A stretch of 64,000 bases of DNA. Source: Felis catus. Its lineage: Eukaryota. The translations under genes were made by a program, and so were the position numbers. The stretch is taken from positions 109,060,001 to 109,124,000 of the forward strand of contig NC_058373.1 in NCBI RefSeq assembly GCF_018350175.1, read 5' to 3'. The notes beneath the pieces were generated by a model. The model saw only the letters and a program-made list of their open reading frames with translations, searched no databases and was not told where the DNA came from. This document shows, piece after piece, positions 24,348-36,984 of this stretch. How positions within the stretch are numbered: position 1 is the first letter of the stretch; the number at the start of each line of letters is the position of its first letter.

Positions 24348-27039
24348 TCGGGAGTCATCCTTAATCTGTGGAAATTAATAATGTCACTGGTAAACTTTCC
24401 CTCTGATACAAATTGGAGTATGGTGCACAAAGACAGTGGTATGTGGCTTTTCTTATTAAATCTGAAGAAGGGTTCCAATTTTTTGAGAATTACATATTTG
24501 GGGAGGGGAGGATTCTGATAAAAAATTTTAAAACTTCCCTCAATAGTACACATTGTCCAGGACATGAAAAATTTTTAATCATTTTCAAGTTTAATAGAAT
24601 TGTTCAAAGCCTGCAGACTCTCCAGTCAAAATGATGAGACTACTTGTGCAGAGAATTTTTTCCTTTTTTGTGCCAGGGCATTTAGCAGTTCTTAGAGGGA
24701 AAGTTTTGAGGGTGGTGCTAATATAACACAACATTTGAAAGACAAGAAATGATATGTCAATGTGTTGGAGAATGTCTAAGATACTCTCTACTGAATATCA
24801 ACATTTGCCAACTTAATAGAGAAAACTTTTGATAGAGAGTTCTGTGACCCACTGAAACTATAAATCCCAAAGTCTTGCCAGCTGCAATCACAGCACTGTT
24901 GTACAGACTGAAATATTTATATGAGAAAGTCCTGCACAAACATTACAACTCAACAAAGATTTATGCTCCTATAGACCCAGGGCATCAGATTCGAGTGTTT
25001 CTCTTTGTCATATAAACCTGCAGGTAGCTTGAAGAATTGAAGGAAAAGTTTGCTGTGTATCTCAAGGATTGCCAATAGAACATTATCTTTGATTTACAAC
25101 AACAGTTTAATGGTATTTTATAATAGCCTCCAAACACAGAACATAATTAACTGTAAACCTTTTAGGCAAGTAAGATGGTGTTTTTGGAGGGGTGGGATGG
25201 GGATGTTTTAACATCTGAATCAGCAGCATTAAGAATCTTTTCTCTTGACAGACAAACATACCATGTAGATAGTTAAGCTTCTTTCCATTCCTAGAGATCA
25301 CACATTTAAACACATCAGATCTGATTAAACCAACAGGAGAGTAAAGATCAAGCAGCAGTCTGTGACTGAATGGCCTAAGATATCAACACACCTTTGTTAA
25401 ATGACCGTGGGGCCACAATAACAAAAGGTGTGTATGTGGACTGTAAGAATATACTTGAGGATAGAAACACACAATACTTATCATTATCTACTATCTGTCC
25501 ATTGTCCGTCTTTGGGTGTGTATGTGTTTATTTGTTTTACTTAATCTCAGAAACTCAATAACGAGAATACTATTGGATCTCTTGCCTCGCTGGTCAGATA
25601 GAGGGAGATCCCTACTATTTAATCTATTGCTCTCTTGCTCACAGCCACCAGCCCATTTTGTTCCCCTGCTGACTTTCTAACATGGCACCTAGGTTTGCCC
25701 CTTGCTCTCCCCCCTCTCTGAAAAAGCCTTCCTGGTCTGTGAAGCTAGTTCAGAGAAGAACATGACAATTAACAGATGTAATCCCAAAAGGATAACATCC
25801 CTATGTTTGCACTTCATTTGATTTTCTTCCTTTGTTTATTTTTATTAAGCTTATTTTGTTATTCATGTATTCTGACAAGTTATGCATAAAATAAAAGATA
25901 TTTAATAGGGAGGTGGATATGAAGTTTAGTCAACTCTACGTTACACAGCTGGTTGTTTAGTGTCAAGGAGTCACTTTTGGATAATACTGACTACGAATGG
26001 AATTAATATGCACTAATATATAATTCCTTCCCTGTCTCTCTTTACAGCAAAACAGACTGATGAGCTCTTAAAACAAAGAACTCTTGGGAAGCTGTCACTA
26101 TTCTTATTTCTGGCTTCCATTACCTACTTCACTAACTTAATGTGCTAATTTCCAGAAACATCTTATTTTTAAGTGGACAAGTGGACGTCATTGAAACATA
26201 TGCCTTGATTTCTTTGAGTATAAAAAAAAGAGGAAAATGCTTATAAATGACACCCCTCTTACATTTTTAAGGGCATTATATATAATCTTACACTATTATA
26301 TCAACTGCTAGATGAGGAGGACTCATGATAGAGCTCTCCCAGCAAAAGAAAAAAAAAATGTCCTGATAGATGAAGCGGTTTGCATCTATTCCTTAAGAAG
26401 TTTCCTACGGTACTTAATGCTTCAGATGTAGGAGGAAAAAAACAAACAAACCTGTATTATATTTTCAGATGAGAGGCTGACTGAGGATACAAGGACCTGC
26501 TCTACTAATAGGCTAGATTGGGCGGGAGAAAAGCTTTTAGGGAAAACTCATGATGGTGCAGATGGAGTGACCCTCTAATATGGTACAGGCTCTGTAGATA
26601 GAGAAATGCTGGCACACCATGAATCAATTCTTTTAATGAACTGAACATATCAAGCCAACTTTCTGTTAAAATAAGATGGAGAAATCCAGATTTTGGATTG
26701 TAAAAGCTCTTGTATCTCCTCTGGTGTCTTGTAGGACCTGAGTTCTCACCCAGCGATAACATAAGGCACGGAGAGGATACACCCACATGAGTGGTATTTA
26801 TAGCTTACTTAGAATGATTATTATTTTTTTAATGTATTGTCAGAGACAGAGAGAGAAGGAGAAAGTGACTAAAACTTTTGGCTAAAACTTTTAGGCAGTA
26901 ATACAGCTTTGGTTTTTGCTTTTATTTTACAATAGCCTCTACAACTGTGTTTTAATAAATATCTATGCAAAGAAAGAATAGCACCAGTGGTTTCAATGAA
27001 AATCACTGTAAGTTGCCAATTCTGCAAAAATTTTCTGTA

Positions 27040-27250
27040 GCTAAAGACAGTTTAGTATAAGAAAAGACCACTGGCCTCAAAGACCCTGGGGTATAAATTC
27101 CATTTCTGCTGCTTATTAGAGGATCAACCTTGTCTTAGCCTCTATGGATCTCAGTTTTCTGGCTAATAAAATGGAATGGTAGTATCTTCCTCAAAGGCTT
27201 TATAGGATTAAATGAAATAATATATTGAAACTGGTGTCATGAAAAGTGTA
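27040..27250 (+). mobile_element. MIR
   Basis: ttagcctctatggatctcagttttctggctaataaaatggaatgg...aggattaaatgaaataa. Confidence 0.7.
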
Positions 27251-27719
27251 CAACATATTTTAGAAGCTTTAAAATAGCCAGTCACAAGTGGCAAAAAAGC
27301 ACAAAGTATCTTATAGTATGATTCAACTTATTTGAGATTTCTGAATGATCTTCATTTCTCTTAGACTTTATTATCGACTTTAATAAAACTAAGTTAACAT
27401 TAAATGAGTTAAGTAAAAATTCTAAATAAAGTTAATAAAAATAATTCAATTAATTTTTTATGGAAAATGCAAGCAGAACTCAATAATTTCATAGACTGAG
27501 TCTGTGCTGAAAAGGTGAGAAGCTCTTATACAAAAAATATCTAATTTTATAGACGAAGGAGAAGGGAAGATTTTTTAAAAATAAGAAGGAATAAATGCTA
27601 CACTCATTTCCTTGAGCTATCTGAGAGGGATGACTGTAGATACTCATTTTTAGTGAATTGAAATCTCTAGTCTGGTTCCCATAAAACAGCCAATGACATT
27701 ACAAATACTTAAAGCTCAC

Positions 27720-27905
27720 AAGTGGTGTTTTTCAAAGTGTTTTCCAAGAAGCATGCAAATTATAATCATTTAGGGTAGATTCCTGGGTCCCACTTCAAAC
27801 CAACCAAATCAGAATTTTTGAAGGTCAGTCCCAGGAATCTAAATTTTAACCAGTGTCCCCCCACCCCTGCCCTGGGTGATTTTGTACACCATTTTAGAAT
27901 CACTG
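27720..27905. mobile_element. MER5A/B-like hAT-Charlie MITE
   Basis: agattcctgggtcccac...aatcagaa...cccaggaatctaaattttaac...ttttagaatcactg. Confidence 0.75.
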
Positions 27906-27913
27906 ATCTAGTA

Positions 27914-28112
27914 CAATAATTTTCAACCCTGGCTGCACATTAAAATCACTCAGAGAACATTTTAAAAAAAAAAAAGGAAAGAAAGCAAAGGATACCTATG
28001 CCTTGTCCCAAACCAATTTAAATTAGAATCTCCAGGATGAGGCTTAGCATCAGACTTTTTTTCCAAAGCTCCCGGAATGATTCTACTGTGCAGCCTGGGT
28101 GGAAAAATACTG
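27914..28112. mobile_element. MER5A1/B-like hAT-Charlie MITE
   Basis: TIR-like ttttcaaccctggctgcacatt and tgtgcagcctgggtggaaaa. Confidence 0.75.
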
Positions 28113-28440
28113 CTTGCAGCACTCCAAGATTCCCTGCTTCATCTTTCAAGGTGAAAGTTAGAAATCAGTAACAAAACACAAACTCGCCTTTACAGGCAGA
28201 CCTCCAGCTGGAGGCTGGGATGGCCCCTTAACCTGTATTTGCTATGTTGCCTGTGTCCACAGAGGATCAAATCTCTGGATGCGTTCTATATAAATACTCC
28301 ACCCTGTATCTCGGCAATTTAATTCCCAGAATGAAACTGATGTCAAGAAGAGGGTTTTCACTTCATTATTTTTTTTATTCCATTTCAACTTTTTGTCACC
28401 TAGCAGTCACTCAATACATATCTGTTGGTTAGATGTGGAT

Positions 28441-28803
28441 CTCTTAGTCTGCTGCGACTGGTATGACAAAAATATTAACTGAGTGGCTTATCAGTAGCAG
28501 AAATGTATTTCTCCCCATTCTGGAGGCTGAGGAGACCAAAACCATGCGCAGCAGATTCAGTGTCTGGTGAAGAGCTGTTTTCCAGTTCATAGAGGGTGCC
28601 TTCTCTCTGAGCCCTCACAGAGCACAAGGCAAAGGGATCTTTCCAGGCCTCTTTTATAAGGGCACTAATCCTGGTCATTACGGCTGTGTTCGTATAACCT
28701 GTTTACCTCCCCAAAGCCCTACCTCCTCATACCATCACCTTAGGGTTGGGATTTCAACATATGAATTTTAGGGGCTGGCGGACACAAACATTTAATCTAT
28801 AGC
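28441..28803 (-). mobile_element. MLT1A-like MaLR solo LTR
   Basis: cttttataagggcactaatcc, catcaccttagggttgggatttcaacatatgaatttt...atagca. Confidence 0.85.
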
Positions 28804-29819
28804 AGTCTCTTTGTCTTCAGAAAGCTCTATATTCCATTGCAACACCATGCTGGTGGCAGAAGCACAACACCACCCAAGCTGAACATAGAACTTACAACAT
28901 CCAAACTTGCAGTTCTTTTTTTAATTTATATAAATCAACGTATCTGTTTCCATCTACCACCACATCATGCAAAAACATGCTAATCCCCAACAGATGTGGA
29001 GGGTATGCTTTATGTATATCTGATATACATGAAATTCACGTATTGGGGAGCATCTTGAGGAGCTAAGCAGCCATCCTCCACAGTAGATAAGATGCAGTGA
29101 AAAGCTTGAGTGATTGCCACTCAGGAGGAACAGGATATATGCATTGGGACATTGCAGTCAAAGAAAATAGAGCGGCTCAAATATGAGGCCGTCATCAAAA
29201 ATCACAAGGACAGAAGCTGTGAACAGCAGGGCTCGATCTGCAAAGAAATTGTTTCCTCACATGGATAATTCTTGGTGGCTTCATGGTGAACAATAACAGG
29301 CATTTGTTTATTTTAACAATAATGTTTCTCCTGAGCACAGCTGTGGAAGTCACTAGAGATTTGCTGAATGGTGTAGGTTTTGAAAGAAAGCTCTCTTATC
29401 CAGATACAGAAAAGCTGTTTGCATAGTACCATGTATAATCAGGAGTTGTCAGTGCAGTCTTCCCCCCCCCATGTAAGAGGCAAGAAACAGCCCTGACCTG
29501 GTTTGGAATGGCTAGACACTAAAGCAATAAGGAATTAAGTTAAGTTCTTGAACTGCCATCCAAAGGTTTGCCTCTATATTAATTTATTTATTCTGTATCA
29601 ACTTTAAACTCTCTAACTTCAAGGAACTAAAGAGAAAAGTAAGAATAGTGAAGGATTTCTTTGGTAAAGAGAATTCTCCTTTATTACATATTAATACATA
29701 TTTGTATTGATTTTTTTTAAAAGCCCTTTGCTATTACTATCCTTACTACTCCCAATAATTCCATGAGCTCTGTAAGGGACATATTCGTTAAAGCAAAATT
29801 AGTAACTTTCTGAAGATTT

Positions 29820-30140
29820 GGGTTTGGTTTCCAAGACTATTATTGTACCATTTAACATTGAGGGATCTTAGCAGGTTACCTGCTTCTCCAAGACTTGGTT
29901 TCCTCGTCTATAAAATGCAGACAATGATATGTTTCCTGAAGAAGTAATGTAAGAAACTGCATTTTCAATAGTTTTCTAACCTGTAATTGTGGAGGTGTCA
30001 GAGGTTATAATTATTCCAATTTTAAAGATAATCAAATTGAGGCACAAGAGATTAAGGTGGTCACCCAAGGAAAGAAGTAAGAAATGTTACTTACATCTAG
30101 ATTTTCTAATTCCTACTCAGTAATTTTTCCCATATTATCA
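29820..30140. mobile_element. Two MIR fragments in opposite orientation
   Basis: ggtttcctcgtctataaaatg (+) and aaattgaggcacaagagattaaggtggtcacccaagg (-). Confidence 0.55.
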
Positions 30141-31145
30141 CAAATAGGCTCAGAATACTGCCAGTGGACTTCCTGACATCAAATCAATTTAAAACAAATG
30201 AGAGAGAGAAAGAGCGGGGGGGGGGGGGACTTATTATGGTTTGAGATATTAAATAATGACAAAAAGAGCTTTTCATATCTTGACCAGATCTTTGGGAAAG
30301 GACGCATAACCACATGAGTTAATATACTCTGAAATAACAAGTAGAAAAGTGAAACGAAAACTCACTTCTTGACAATTGGCACCAAGCTTCACACTATGGC
30401 CAGGAACCATGGCCAATCACTCACCAAATCAATCATTCAGAGGCCTCTGAGAAAAGCTTCTCTGATTTGAAATGGCTAAAACAGCAGGAACTTTCATTCC
30501 ACACCATATGCTTATTTCCATGAGCTGGAGAATCAGAAGCTTTGAAAAACTTCAAGCAAAACATCGTAACTTTCCAAACCCCCTCTAATCCAAAAGGTGT
30601 AAGAAAGGGACAAAGAAGGAAAGTGGGAAGAGACACCAGGGAGAATGTAAAGGATGTGTCCTTCTAAGAACATATCCGCAGCCTTCTACAATTTAGGCTT
30701 TGCCTCTACATGTTGTTTTGACTGGAGTCTAGCAGAGGGAGTTCTTCACCATTTCGCTGCCCTGTAGGACACTGACATCACACAAGTTGCCCGCAAGAGT
30801 GAAGGTCAAAGCTCCAGGCTTTTAATGCACAGAAGTTATCTTGTGCAGCAAATGAAGTCAGTGGCAGGTTATTCAGCTTGCCTATGTAGATCACAAGATC
30901 ATGAAGTGGAAAGTCTCAAAATGTCACCTGTCCCCCCATCTTCAGGCCGGTCTGGTCCCAGACAGAACAGCAGCCACATTACTTCTAAAGAATAACATGC
31001 TGTCCTCACATTACAAGAGGTTGTCATCCTAGTAAAGGGAATTTTAACCTATAATCAATGTTAAGTTGAAACTGGCTTTCCAACAAAAGCAGTATTTCCT
31101 TAGAATATCTAACACTGTATGGGGTGTTCAAAAGTACTGAGTTCA

Positions 31146-31318
31146 GGGGCGCCTGGGTGGCGCAGTCGGTTAAGTTCGAGCCCCGCGTCGGGCTCTGGGC
31201 TGATGGCTCAGAGCCTGGAGCCTGTTTCCGATTCTGTGTCTCCCTCTCTCTCTGCCCCTTGCCCGTTCATGCTCTGTCTCTCTCTGTCCCAAAAATAAAT
31301 AAACGTTGAAAAAAAAAA
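31146..31318 (+). mobile_element. Young feline CanSINE with 40-bp internal deletion
   Basis: Near-identical to the 7815 copy apart from the deletion; TSD ttcaaaagtac(t/c)gagttca. Confidence 0.97.
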
Positions 31319-31859
31319 TTCAAAAGTACCGAGTTCATCAGCTCTCTAAACAAGTATAAATTTAATATCTATGTGATATATGGTTTAAAACATTCAGAGA
31401 ACCAATCACATATATTTTATTTATTTTTATTTAAACAATCCTTGGAAGAGAGACTTTGATTAGAGGCAAGGGGCCAGAGAGACCCTCAGAATAAAGGCTG
31501 ATTGGGAGTTGAATGTTGGTGAGGGGCGAGGATATTCATTACAGAGGTCCGTAAGAAGACAGGCTGACCGGATAATACCAGCCCTGCCTCCTATATGCAT
31601 CATATGTTGCAGCATGGATGTAAATGTTGGGAATCTCTAGGTAGAAAATGCTACACGTTTCAGACTATTCACAATTTCCATACAGAGCAGCTATTTCCTT
31701 GGTCACCCTTATTGCCAACATAGCTTCATCCATAATCTAATAATTCACTTTGTGGCTGAGGCATTCTCTCCTTCAAGGGAGAATAGGTGACCACAAAAGC
31801 GGATTGCAATCCCCTACACACTTTAAGGTCAGACAGTTTCTGCTTTGTCAATAGCTTCC

Positions 31860-32010
31860 CAATCCTGCTGTCCACATGTATCACCTGGAGTGAATCCTTA
31901 ACCCCCAAACCTGCTAACTATGGTTTAGTGTCTGAAGTGGGACCCAAAAACCTGCAACTTGATTAAACATCCAAGTGATTCTGGTGTACTTAATCCACAA
32001 TCCTCACTTT
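31860..32010. mobile_element. MER5A-like fragment
   Basis: atcacctggag...gtgggacccaaaaacctgca...aagtgattctggtg. Confidence 0.5.
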
Positions 32011-32149
32011 CCTGTATGGTCTGATCTAAATCATCCCCAAAATGATCATGGCCCCGTGGCATCTCCTCCGCGTTACCTGCAATCCTTCATGTCATAATCC
32101 CTTTGCCTGAAATTCCACTGGTAGAAATTGAATGATCTTTTAGAGTGTA

Positions 32150-32320
32150 AATACACATATGTAATATGTAATATATGTATTATACTATAAAATACTTGTG
32201 TTATATACCCATATATGTTTATATGTATCTGCTATAAATTTTATATATTACAAATATATATAAATGTCATACATGTTATAAATGTTATACATTTTATGCA
32301 TATGTATGTTATGCCTGTGT
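32150..32320. repeat. AT-rich low-complexity tract
   Basis: Degenerate TA/TATG repeats. Confidence 0.8.
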
Positions 32321-34799
32321 ATTACAAATGATTCATAAGTACTGTGGTTCCACTTGCACTCACTAGGGGAGAATAAGTATGTATCCAAATGAAGGGACTT
32401 CTACAAGGCAAATATTCCTAACATTTTCCTCCATCTTTCACTTCCTTCTCCCCAGAAAAGGAGTGATGTCTCTGCTTCATGAGGTTGGAAAAAGAAGTTG
32501 GAGCCTGTCCATTTCCTCTCCCCTTTTAAGGAGTCCTTCCTGCAAAGAGGGGGCATTTTGGCCTATGGACGGAGGCATGAGTGTATCAGAGCAGTTTCCC
32601 TGGTTGGTAAAGAGCTTTGGTTTCCCAGCCAGACCAGTGTCTAGACAGTAAATATGCCTGGCTCAGGGCTAACATGGCATAAAGTCCACTTGACAAAGCC
32701 CTAAACCCATATACTCCCATCAGCTTCCTTAGTAATAATCGTCGTACTTTGATCTCTCAGTTGGTTCCAAATATGGGCTGAACATAAGGATACTCTATGA
32801 TCTCTTGCACTTCCACAATGCCTCAAAAGATAGATATCAGACTTGGCCAAAGAGTGGCTATTTCTAAGCTCCAGAGAGCTGTGTGGAGAAGAAGGTGTAG
32901 GGAGTGGGGAGAGAGGAAAGACTGGAAGTTCCAGGAGGTGGGAAGGAAGTATGACCTCATCAAAGGGAAAATATGTGTTACAATTTCTCATGACCTTGCT
33001 ATGTTCCACATTTTTTTATAGCATTAACTTCTCTTCAACAAATTAAACAACTCTAACCTCTTTAACCCGTTCTCACAGATATTATTTATGCCAGGGGAAC
33101 ATAAATCCATGTAATAATAACTATATTCAGTCCTCTTGTAAATAGGAGGCACTCAAATATTGATGCACTCTCCTGCCAAACGTTTTTTGAACTGTACAGC
33201 ACAAAATTCTCCTCTAAGTGCTATGATTACATTATTCACAATCTTTGACCTCAAGTAGTTTACAATTTGGTGAGAAAAATGGGCCCAAAATAAGAAGTAT
33301 AATCAAAGATTCAAGCAATAAGCTAAAGGGGCTAGAACTCCAAGTTTACCAAAGCTCTGATGCAAAAGAACCCATGCCCAGATGACATGGGTGCCATCCA
33401 GGATAGAGGGTGAGGGTCACACTGGTGCCCAGCCAGCCAGCAATCCTGAGAGAAGTTCACTGAGCTGCATTTTTGACTGGAGACTTTCTCTTGTTCATGA
33501 GTTGCTCTCTTTTTAAATGACAGATCTCTCTTCCTGCATTCCCTTTAATTAATAATCCTGTGGAATATTTTTCATTAAAAATGAATGTTACCTTTACTAT
33601 GAAATGTCAAGCATGAATAAAATGAGCAACTTTTTCTTGCAGAGAATATTATAAAAAGGAATGATATTAGCTCACCTTTTCTTTGACAAATTTGACTAGT
33701 GGAATGAGCTTGTTCAAGCAATATTTCTCTTTCTTCACATTACCCGTGGCCTTTCTTTATTGTGTTCTCTCCTGAGCAGATGAATGGATACAACTAGTAT
33801 TGTTTTTTAAGTCAGTCCTTCAGAGATGTCCTAATGTTAAGAGCAGGTGAAATGAAAATTTTATGAAAGGAAATGTAGTTGCCTTTCACTTCTAAAAGTT
33901 CAATGCAAATTTAGCTCCAGATTCTAAATAAAAGAATGAACCGAGCTCTTGGTTTACAAAACTACTGGGTTAATAGTAGGCACAGATTGGAAAGCTTTAT
34001 TTCCATTTTCCCCAATGCGGCCCCTGAGTGTCACCCATTAAGGCAAACACATTTATGTAAATAACTGTTTCTATAGCCACGGGGGCAAGGTGGGGAGGAC
34101 TATTTCAATGGAAAGCAGAATGCTCAGACAAACTCGATAGATGTCATTTAGGATAAGTTTAGAACCTATAGTTAAAGTGCAAGTTTTTAGATCAAATTAA
34201 ATTGGCTAACGCTAATCTTAGCATGCACAACAAAGGGGAGCATGGACGCTGCTTATTAACCTAAGCTAGAGAAACGCAATCCGTGAGCAAAAAGTGGCAA
34301 GACCTGGACTTGACGTTCAACCCCTGTCTGTTTTCTTAATATGTATCGTTCACCAAATAATTTCATCAAATGTTAGAGACCACAGTGGGGAGTTTACTCG
34401 TAACAGAAGTTATGCTGAATGTGTGGAGTTTAGAAAGAGGTGGAGGGAGATATTGTTTTGTGTTAACCGAAGAAAGTAGGCCTTTCCTTTGGGAAAAATC
34501 AACATTATTCTGGGCAAGTGTAGAAAATGTTTATTTCTGCAGTTCTCAGCCTATTTCACTGTTGCATATGGAATTCCTTGTCGTTACCTGTTGGATTTTG
34601 TTTATAAGAGGGGGGTTCTATCTTCTACGGAGATGACTAGATCGAGATACTTTGTTATCATTTCTCTTACTTTCTTAGCACCAGTGACAGACAGACCCAA
34701 CTAATACTGAGACAATACTGAACTTCTCTTCCCATTAGAATTTTGGGAGAGAATCTTGGGCACCAGTCTGGCATTGCCATTTATGAAACGCATCCATAT

Positions 34800-35115
34800 C
34801 ACTGTCTTCATCACCATTACCACTGCCATCATCACTGCTAACTTCCACTAAAACCTCATGTGGGATAGTCTGTATGCATTTAATCCAACAACTCTGTGAG
34901 ACAGGAACTAGATCCGGAACCCCATGAGGACAGGGAACATATCTCGTTTATTCACTCCTAGATATTCTGCATTTAGAAAAGTGACTAGCACTTAAGCACT
35001 CAATGGCTCTTCATTGGCCACCGTTAATCTCATTTTACAGATGCATAAACAGAGGCACAGTGAGTAAACCCAAGTGCACAAGATCATACACTTGAACCCA
35101 AAGCTGGCTTTCTAG
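34800..35115 (-). mobile_element. MIR interrupted by a plus-strand L2 tail (about 34909-35010)
   Basis: MIR caacaactctgtgagacagg resumes at ctcattttacagatgcataaacagaggcacag after ccatgaggacagggaac...gcactcaat. Confidence 0.6.
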
Positions 35116-35498
35116 TCCTTACGAAGAGAGATGTCAGAACATTCCCTGGGAAAGAGTATAGATGCCCTTTGCCTATGGGTGTCAATAAGATCACTTTTAT
35201 TTCTGAACTGGGTGAAAGCTATGGCCCACTTCTCCCACCTCCAGTTGTTTAAGAGCAAAGGAGCGATGTGTTTAGGACATGCTTTCCCCTTTTTCCTTCA
35301 CCAAAACAACTAAAGATTTATTCTAAATTGAACATCTACTTCTAGCAAAGAAGTAATTCAAGTGCCTCCTGGAGAATCCCAAATATTGCCATTTCTCTTT
35401 ACTATTTTGGGACAAATTTTAACCAATTAAGATGTATTTGCTCACAGTAACCCAATGGCAAGTCTACATGTTTTATGTTTAATGCCCCAAAGAATTTT

Positions 35499-35717
35499 TT
35501 TTAATTTTTTTTTTAACGTTTATTTATTTTTGAGACAGAGAGAGACAGAGCATGAACGGGGGAGGGGCAGAGAGAGAGGGAGACACAGAATCTGAAACAG
35601 GCTCCAGGCTCTGAGCTGGCAGCACAGAGCCCAACGCGGGGCTCGAACTCACGGACCGCGAGATCGTGACCTGAGCTGAAGTCGGCCGATTAACCGACTG
35701 AGCCACCCAGGCGCCCC
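35499..35717 (-). mobile_element. Young feline CanSINE
   Basis: Perfect TSD gccccaaagaatttt at 35484-35498 and 35718-35732. Confidence 0.97.
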
Positions 35718-36934
35718 GCCCCAAAGAATTTTCTAATGTCTCTAAAGTGTAACTTTTGCAAATTCTTATGAAATCTACATTCAAAAGGAGCCCAGTAGTT
35801 ATCAGAATTAAAAAAATATATAAAGCAGATACCTCTTTTCCTGCTACTTTCCTCTCCAGACATACTCCTCCATGGGTGTCAGGCTCTACTACTAGAAAGG
35901 GAAGCAGCACACCTTGCTTTAAGTCAGTGAACTCTGCAATATTGTTACTTATTCAATCAACAAAATGTCACTAGAGTGCTAGAGTACAAAGAGCAGGTGG
36001 AAATATGGGATAGTAGCCATTTCTCTATCTTTAACAGCTTAACAGTCAATGTGTGAAGACAGGGCGTCTATTCAATACATGTAACCCTGCAAAGCAACAT
36101 ACAGTAAATATTGAAAAAATGATACAGAGAAAGTAGAGATCCCATACAGCTGGAGAGCAGGAGGTGAATGGAGAAAGGGGGGGCAAAGCTGATCCTTAAG
36201 GAAGGAGCTGAAGTCACAGGATAAGGTGATTGATTGGTTTCTTTTATAAAATAGCAATTCAAGTTTCATAATATAGTTTTTCCCAACTTGTCTTCCATTT
36301 GTCCAAATCTTGATGATTTTTCTGTGCCATATTTTCACAATGTTTGGAGACCAGGAGTCTTTTTATATCTCACCAAAGGAATATCTTTGCCCTTGCTCTC
36401 CATTTAAAATAACCACTTTTGTTGCTCTACAAATGGTTAGAGTTTTTCTTGATTCTAGTCCAGGTCACTCACAGTAGATAGATTTTATTTTGGTGAGATA
36501 TTAAATACATCTCTGATCTTTAACCAAAATTAAGCAGCTACATCTTTGACACACGGGAGCACACCTGGCTATTGAATCCTGCCACTCTCTGAAATCGAAA
36601 GTAGCAGTTTTCTAAATTGCTCACATTTTCCTGAAAAGAGTTTGGAAAAAATGAAAAAAAATACTTGGATAGTTTGAAGTTCTATGGCATCAATGGCAAA
36701 TTTATTTCTGGGCTATGGATATTAGACCATGAGGCACCTGTGCTTCCAGAAGGAGATTGATATGTTTGTTTTATAAAATATACTCCAAAACTCTAAATTC
36801 AAGTGTCTTATATGCTGTTTGGTTTATAGTAAAGCCAGCTTACCCTTGAGCATCGATACATTTTCATATAATTACATGTGTTGCAAATCTTTTCTTCTGA
36901 CAGACTTGTCTTGATGCATCTTTAAATTTTTAAA

Positions 36935-36938
<4 letters not shown>

Positions 36939-36975
<37 letters not shown>

Positions 36976-36984
36976 GTCTCTTTC
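36939..36984. repeat. (CT)n microsatellite
   Basis: Direct observation. Confidence 0.95.

Noticed and set aside
29012..29030. Palindrome atgtatatc-t-gatatacat
   Set aside because: Short, AT-rich and isolated; consistent with chance or TA-type low complexity
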